Shown here: positions 60,420-64,000 of the stretch, piece by piece
Layout of the letters: each line of letters begins with the position of its first letter
Position numbering within the stretch: the first letter of the stretch is position 1
NCBI GenBank assembly: GCA_963776345.1
Contig: CAVZMH010000015.1
Coordinates: forward strand, 160,001-224,000
Source: an uncultured delta proteobacterium
GTDB lineage: Bacteria > Myxococcota > Myxococcia > Myxococcales > Myxococcaceae
DNA length: 64,000 nucleotides
Direction: 5' to 3'
The notes under the pieces: generated by a model
What the model was told of the DNA's origin: nothing
Seen by the model: only the letters and a program-made list of their open reading frames with translations
Databases searched by the model: none
Position numbers and translations under genes: made by a program

Positions 60420-61817
60420 GTGCCGACCGACCGGGAAGACGACGCCCCGCTCGAGACTCTGAAGACGGCGCCGTCGGCGGCCCGACCGTCCGAGCCGCCG
60501 AAGCTCCCTCCGACCCTGGTGCAGCTACTGTGCGCCGACGACCTCCGTCAGCCCTCCGTCCGCCACTGGCTCGATGGGCTCAAGGAGGTCCGCATCCACC
60601 GCGGGCGCGCTCCGTCCGTGCGGAGGGAGCGGGAGACGCTGACCATCGCGCTCGGCGATCGGTACGCCTCCAACCAGCACCTGCTGCTGAGGCCCACCTC
60701 CGGCGGCTTCGCCGTCTCGGACGAAGGCTCGACCAACGGGGTCTTCGTCGACGGGCGGCCGCTCGACCCCGGTGACGAGCGGGTGGTGGAGAGCGGGCTG
60801 CTCGAGGTGGGCCACAGCTTTTTCCACCTCCGTTCCGAGGTGCACGGAACGCGCGACGCACCCGCCGATGGAGACCCGGAGGAGCCGCTGACCTTCCACC
60901 CCGGCTTCGCGCTGGGGCTGACCGGGGCCGGGCGGCTGGCGCGGAGGTCGCATGATCTCCTGGTCACCGGTGAGACAGGAGCGGGGAAGGAGGTGGTCGC
61001 CCGCTGGCTGCACCGGATCTCCGGCCGCCCCGGTCCGCTGGTCGCGGTCAACTGCGCGGCGGTGCCCGAGCACCTCCTGGAGGACGAGCTCTTCGGGCAC
61101 GTGAAGGGGGCGTTCTCCGGTGCGCAGGCGGACCGGCCGGGGCTCCTGCGCGCGGCGCACCGGGGCACGCTCCTCCTCGACGAGGTGGGGGACATGCCGG
61201 CCCAGCTGCAGGCGAAGCTGCTCCGGGTGATCGAGGATCGCCGGGTCCGGCCGGTGGGGAGCGAGGAGGAGGTCCAGGTCGACGCCCAGGTGATCGCCGC
61301 CACGCACCGCGACCTCCGCGCGCTAGTGGACGAGGGACGCTTCCGGGAGGACCTCCTCGCCCGCCTGGGCCTCTTGCCGGTACACGTCCCGCCGCTCCGT
61401 GAACGTCGCGAGGACCTCGGGCTGCTCGTCCGGCGGATCCTGCGGGAGGTTCCGCGCGGGCTGGAGCGCATCCGGTTCGAGCTCGATGCGCTCCGGATGC
61501 TGCTGCTCCACCCCTGGCCGCTGAACGTCCGCGAGCTGCGGCGCGCGCTGCTCGCCGCGGTGGACCTCGCCGGGGCGGAGGAGGGCGGCTCGGTGCTCAT
61601 CGGGCCCCAGCACCTGCCGGCCGCGCTCGAACGCCGGTCCCCTCCCCGTCCAGCGCCGACCCTCTCGGAGGCGGACCAGGAGCTCCGCGCCCGGCTGGTC
61701 GAGCTGCTCGCCCGGCATCGGAGCAACGTCGCCGCCGTGGCGAGGCAGCTCGGGAAGCCGCGGACCCAGGTCCAGCGCCTGATGGCCCGGCTCGGCGTCC
61801 AGCGCACCGACGACTGA
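60420..61817 (+). CDS. FHA-domain sigma54 enhancer-binding protein
   Basis: FHA motifs ASNQH and GSTNGVFV; GETGAGKE, ELFGHVKGAFSGA, WPLNVREL, C-terminal HTH; start uncertain (60375-60420). Confidence 0.9.
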   Translation: MPTDREDDAPLETLKTAPSAARPSEPPKLPPTLVQLLCADDLRQPSVRHWLDGLKEVRIHRGRAPSVRRERETLTIALGDRYASNQHLLLRPTSGGFAVSDEGSTNGVFVDGRPLDPGDERVVESGLLEVGHSFFHLRSEVHGTRDAPADGDPEEPLTFHPGFALGLTGAGRLARRSHDLLVTGETGAGKEVVARWLHRISGRPGPLVAVNCAAVPEHLLEDELFGHVKGAFSGAQADRPGLLRAAHRGTLLLDEVGDMPAQLQAKLLRVIEDRRVRPVGSEEEVQVDAQVIAATHRDLRALVDEGRFREDLLARLGLLPVHVPPLRERREDLGLLVRRILREVPRGLERIRFELDALRMLLLHPWPLNVRELRRALLAAVDLAGAEEGGSVLIGPQHLPAALERRSPPRPAPTLSEADQELRARLVELLARHRSNVAAVARQLGKPRTQVQRLMARLGVQRTDD

Positions 61818-61920
61818 CCGGGCCTCCGTCGCCGGGCGCCCGCGGGGCGCCCACCGGGCGCCTGGCCTGGCAGTGACCGGAGGGGCTCGGGATCCCGGGG
61901 GTTCGGCGTTCGCGCTGCCG

Positions 61921-61936
61921 GGGCACGCCCGTTGCT
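61921..61936 (+). promoter_or_regulatory. sigma54 -24/-12 promoter for the di-heme oxidoreductase
   Basis: GGGCACGCCCGTTGCT (GG-N10-GC), about 70 bp upstream of ATG 62009 with RBS GAGGAG. Confidence 0.65.
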
Positions 61937-62008
61937 CATGGGCCCCTTGCTCGAAGCGCGCGCCCACCAGGTGGCCGGACGCGCGCGGTCCCTGGGAGGA
62001 GAGTCCCC

Positions 62009-63514
62009 ATGTCGAAGTTCCTGGAGCCCGACCGGCACCCGCACGGTCCGGAGCCCGTTCTGTCTCTTGCCGCGGGCCTGCTGCTCGCAACGGCGCTGCT
62101 CGTGTCTCGATCCGCGGCCGCCGGAGAGCCGGAGGACGCGCCGCTCCCTTCGCTCGGCGGGGTTCATGACCCCGGTCCTCGCGGAGGCTCACCCGGCGCG
62201 GGCGGGCCCCTCCCCGGGCTCACCACCAGCGAGCTGGCGCTGTTCAACGAGGGCCAGTTCCGGGCCTCGGAGCTCGAGGCGACCTGCGACACCTGCAGCG
62301 ACGTGCCTCCGGGGACCCGCATCCCTCCGGGGTCGCCGCCGGACACCACCAACTCGGCGGGCCTCGGTGGCCGGTTCAACTCCGACCAGTGCCTGGCCTG
62401 TCACTCGCATCCGGCGGCGGGCGGAACCTCCGGGGCGGTGAATCCCTCGTTCTCCATCGCCCGCCACAAGGGGGCCACCAACCGGGTTCCCTTCTTCGAG
62501 ACGATGGACGGCCCCACGCGCGAGGTGCGCTTCCTCTTCAACGAGGACGGGACCCGCGACGGCTCGGTGCACCAGAAGTTCACCGTGACCGGCCGCTCCG
62601 ACGCTCCGAACTGCCGCCTGGCGCAGCCGGACTTCGAGCGCGCCGCCATCGTCAACGGGCTGGCCTTCCGCATCCCCACGCCGCTGTTCGGGCTGGGGCT
62701 CGTCGACTCCATCCCCGACGGCGAGATCATGTCCCACCTGGCGTCCAACCCGGGGCGGAAGCGAGAGCTCGGGATCCACGGGACGCCGAACCGGGCGACG
62801 AACAACGCCACCATCGGGCGGTTCGGGTGGAAGGCGCAGAACGCCTCCATCACCGTGTTCGCCGGCGAGGCCTACAACGTGGAGATGGGCGTCACCAACG
62901 AGCTGTTCCCGATCTCCAAGACCGAGGACGCCAAGTGCAACCTCGGCGCGGAGCCGAACGACGTCACCCGCGTGGACGACCAGAAGTTCAACGACCCGCT
63001 CGAGGTGATGGCCGACTGGCTGATGTTCTCACTCTTCACGCGGTTCCTGGACGCGCCCCAGCCGGCCGCCCTGACCCCGGACGCCCAGCACGGCGCCCAG
63101 CTCTTCGAGCAGGTGGGCTGCAGCGAGTGCCACGTCCCGAGCATGAAGACCCGCCCTGCCCCGCTCGGGCCACAGTCGGGAGCGCTGGCCGGAAAGACGG
63201 TGAACCTCTTCTCGGACCTGGTCCTGCACCACATGGGGGCGAACCTGGCGGACAACGTCATCCAGGGCGACGCCGGGCCGGACATGTTCCGCACCTCGCC
63301 GCTGTGGGGCGTGGGGCAGCGGCTATACTTCCTCCACGACGGCCGGGCCCGGGACCTCCAGAGCGCGATCCGGGCCCACTACTCGCCGCCCTCGCCGGCG
63401 CGCGGCCGTGACCCGGCATACCCGCCCAGCGAGGCGAACCAGGTGGTGCGCAACTACTTCCGGCTCACCGCGGGCCAGCAGCAGGACGTGCTGGAGTTCC
63501 TCCGGTCGCTGTAA
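62009..63514 (+). CDS. Di-heme oxidoreductase family (DHOR/DUF1111) exported c-type cytochrome
   Basis: Signal peptide; GLGGRFN..CLACH, PLFGLGL, GRFGWKA, EMGVT, CSECH, SDLVLH.MG, RTSPLWG, LHDGRA. Confidence 0.88.
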   Translation: MSKFLEPDRHPHGPEPVLSLAAGLLLATALLVSRSAAAGEPEDAPLPSLGGVHDPGPRGGSPGAGGPLPGLTTSELALFNEGQFRASELEATCDTCSDVPPGTRIPPGSPPDTTNSAGLGGRFNSDQCLACHSHPAAGGTSGAVNPSFSIARHKGATNRVPFFETMDGPTREVRFLFNEDGTRDGSVHQKFTVTGRSDAPNCRLAQPDFERAAIVNGLAFRIPTPLFGLGLVDSIPDGEIMSHLASNPGRKRELGIHGTPNRATNNATIGRFGWKAQNASITVFAGEAYNVEMGVTNELFPISKTEDAKCNLGAEPNDVTRVDDQKFNDPLEVMADWLMFSLFTRFLDAPQPAALTPDAQHGAQLFEQVGCSECHVPSMKTRPAPLGPQSGALAGKTVNLFSDLVLHHMGANLADNVIQGDAGPDMFRTSPLWGVGQRLYFLHDGRARDLQSAIRAHYSPPSPARGRDPAYPPSEANQVVRNYFRLTAGQQQDVLEFLRSL

Positions 63515-63639
63515 AGCCGGACGAGTCCCTCGCGGGAAGCGGGCGGCGATGGCCACGCTCCGTCGCCGTCCGCGTCGTGGCCAGTGGAGCCCGGGCCGTG
63601 CGCCAGCGCTTCGCGGCTCCGGGACGCGAGCGGAACGCG

Positions 63640-64000
63640 TCAGCCGGACTGGAGCACCACGGTCGCGGCGGCGACTCCCGCATCGTGGGTGAGCGCCAGG
63701 AGAACCTGGGCCCGCCGCGCTGCGACCTCTCGCGCGGCCACGCCGGCGAGCGCGAAGGCCGGCGCGCCGCTCGACGCCTTGACGACCTCCATGTCCCGCC
63801 AGCGGATCCCCGGAGGCGCGCCCAGCGCCTTCACCAGCGCCTCCTTCGCCGCGAACCGGCCGGCGTAGGCCGCTGCGCGGTCGCTTCGCGACTCGCAGGT
63901 CGCGATCTCGGCGGGGGTGTAGACCCGTTCGCGGAAGCGCGCGCCGTTCGGCCCAGCCAGGATCGTGGCGACGCGCTCGACCGAGCAGACATCCATACCC
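63640..64000 (-). CDS. acpS: Holo-ACP synthase, 5' end outside the window
   Basis: GMDVCSV.R, RFAAKEALVKALG, GAP, LTHD. Confidence 0.92.
   Translation of the reverse strand, partial: GMDVCSVERVATILAGPNGARFRERVYTPAEIATCESRSDRAAAYAGRFAAKEALVKALGAPPGIRWRDMEVVKASSGAPAFALAGVAAREVAARRAQVLLALTHDAGVAAATVVLQSG

Overview
Very GC-rich, densely coding 64-kb window. Gene content and order look myxobacterial (Myxococcales/Anaeromyxobacter-like); this is inferred from LipB-Nudix, FHA-type sigma54 activators and PilZ. Most genes are housekeeping: Clp ATPase 3' end, nadD, namZ, mutS2, rnr, moeA-ribA, a lpdA-lipA-E2-X-lipB lipoate operon, thiO, thiC with a TPP riboswitch, tRNA-Thr(CGT), dapB, gdh, htrA, grpE, hutU/hutI, tsaE-nnr and acpS. 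Two accessory sigma54 modules near the right end are the most interesting. (1) 49.7-55.8 kb: a DUF4382-like lipoprotein lies divergent from a small secreted protein, a TPR-like protein, a Slam/DUF560-like TPR+beta-barrel protein, a histidine kinase and an NtrC-type regulator. Two back-to-back -24/-12 motifs and tandem palindromes lie between the arms, making this a candidate surface-lipoprotein (T11SS-like) export system. (2) 57.9-63.5 kb: a Ser/Thr kinase-TPR, an FHA-sigma54 activator and a di-heme oxidoreductase with a sigma54 promoter motif separate acpS from nnr-tsaE. Several genes carry frameshifts or a deletion (amidohydrolase, trmJ-like, Zn-peptidase, a lipoprotein), some probably sequencing errors. 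No CRISPR array, transposase, integrase or rRNA was seen. All family calls come from motif recognition by eye, not database searches.
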